A stretch of DNA of 64,000 nucleotides from Isurus oxyrinchus (taxonomy: Eukaryota). Location of the stretch: assembly GCA_026770705.1 (NCBI GenBank), contig JANJGN010000089.1, forward strand, positions 1,364,001 to 1,428,000, given 5' to 3'. A program made the translations under genes and the position numbers. Below, one piece after another: positions 63,901 to 64,000 of this stretch (position 1 is its first letter; every line of letters begins with the position of its first letter). The notes under the pieces were generated by a model. It was given only the letters and a program-made list of their open reading frames with translations, searched no databases and was not told where the DNA came from.

Positions 63901-64000
63901 CCACAAATAAATGATCACCTTACGAGCGATTCTCGCATCCCCAAAAGAATAAAAGAAAAAAGTTGTTAATATTTTCCAAGCATTGCATCAATTTTTCCCT

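Overview
Repeat-rich vertebrate genomic DNA, almost certainly from a cartilaginous fish (shark/ray). That assignment is inferred from the repeat set: CR1/HER1-type LINEs, SacSINE1/DeuSINE-type SINEs and Penelope tails. I find no intact protein-coding gene. Host-gene content is (i) three disabled two-exon GPR139-like rhodopsin-family GPCR paralogues (A 9441-12878 minus, C 26805-35718 minus, B 56211-59365 plus), with A and B lying in a ~4.5 kb inverted segmental duplication, and (ii) the disabled 3' half of an NLR gene on the minus strand (four 167-171 nt ribonuclease-inhibitor-type LRR exons plus a terminal exon, 38961-52741) built from tandem exon+intron modules. Mobile DNA includes a Gmr1-type Gypsy element (integrase upstream of RT), a hAT transposase relic, a retrovirus-like RNaseH-IN-env remnant (possibly loki/spuma-like), many nested CR1s, Penelope fragments and a short palindromic Penelope insertion with hammerhead-ribozyme cores on both strands. 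Family assignments come from motif recognition by eye, not database searches. Repeat boundaries are approximate.
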